Source: Lingula anatina (lineage: Eukaryota > Animalia > Brachiopoda). Taken from it: 64,000 nt of DNA. Shown in pieces: positions 63,921-64,000 of this stretch (position 1 is the first letter of the stretch; each line of letters starts with the position of its first letter). Under the pieces are notes generated by a model that had not been told where the DNA came from, did no database searches, and worked only from the letters and a program-made list of their open reading frames with translations. Where the stretch lies: positions 7,936,001-8,000,000 of the forward strand of contig CM120645.1 in the NCBI GenBank assembly GCA_051362555.1, given 5' to 3'. Both the position numbers and the translations under genes were made by a program.

Positions 63921-64000
63921 ATGAGCGGACCCAGAGATATTTTCTGACAGTATTCCAAAGTATCTATTTTGATCCATCCTCCATTTTGATGGTCTTCCAA

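Overview
AT-rich, intron-rich animal genomic DNA; the gene and repeat content looks lophotrochozoan, probably mollusc-like (inference). No prokaryotic systems are present. I assembled eight spliced protein-coding genes by hand, all with GT-AG introns and consistent reading phase: PPIL1 (-), phosducin-like PDCL (+), a shavenoid-like type I membrane protein (+), a copine (-), ceramide kinase (+), two tandem-duplicated GPI-type Ly6/uPAR (quiver/sleepless-like) genes (-) and a small secreted single-VWD protein (-). PPIL1/PDCL and copine/CERK are head-to-head pairs. Introns and intergenic DNA carry many non-autonomous DNA transposons: Helentron-associated (HINE-like) elements with a 161-bp satellite core, Harbinger-like MITEs, a foldback element and a nested CACTG-TIR element. 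Most notable: (1) tandem repeats whose unit is an exon end plus its 5' splice site, about 30 x 41 bp in copine and about 6 x 20 bp in PPIL1, each placing a stop codon just past the true donor; (2) two duplicated 153-nt copine exons 51 nt apart, probably mutually exclusive, encoding the VWA MIDAS region directly downstream of that donor array. Coordinates were counted by hand and may be off by a few bases.
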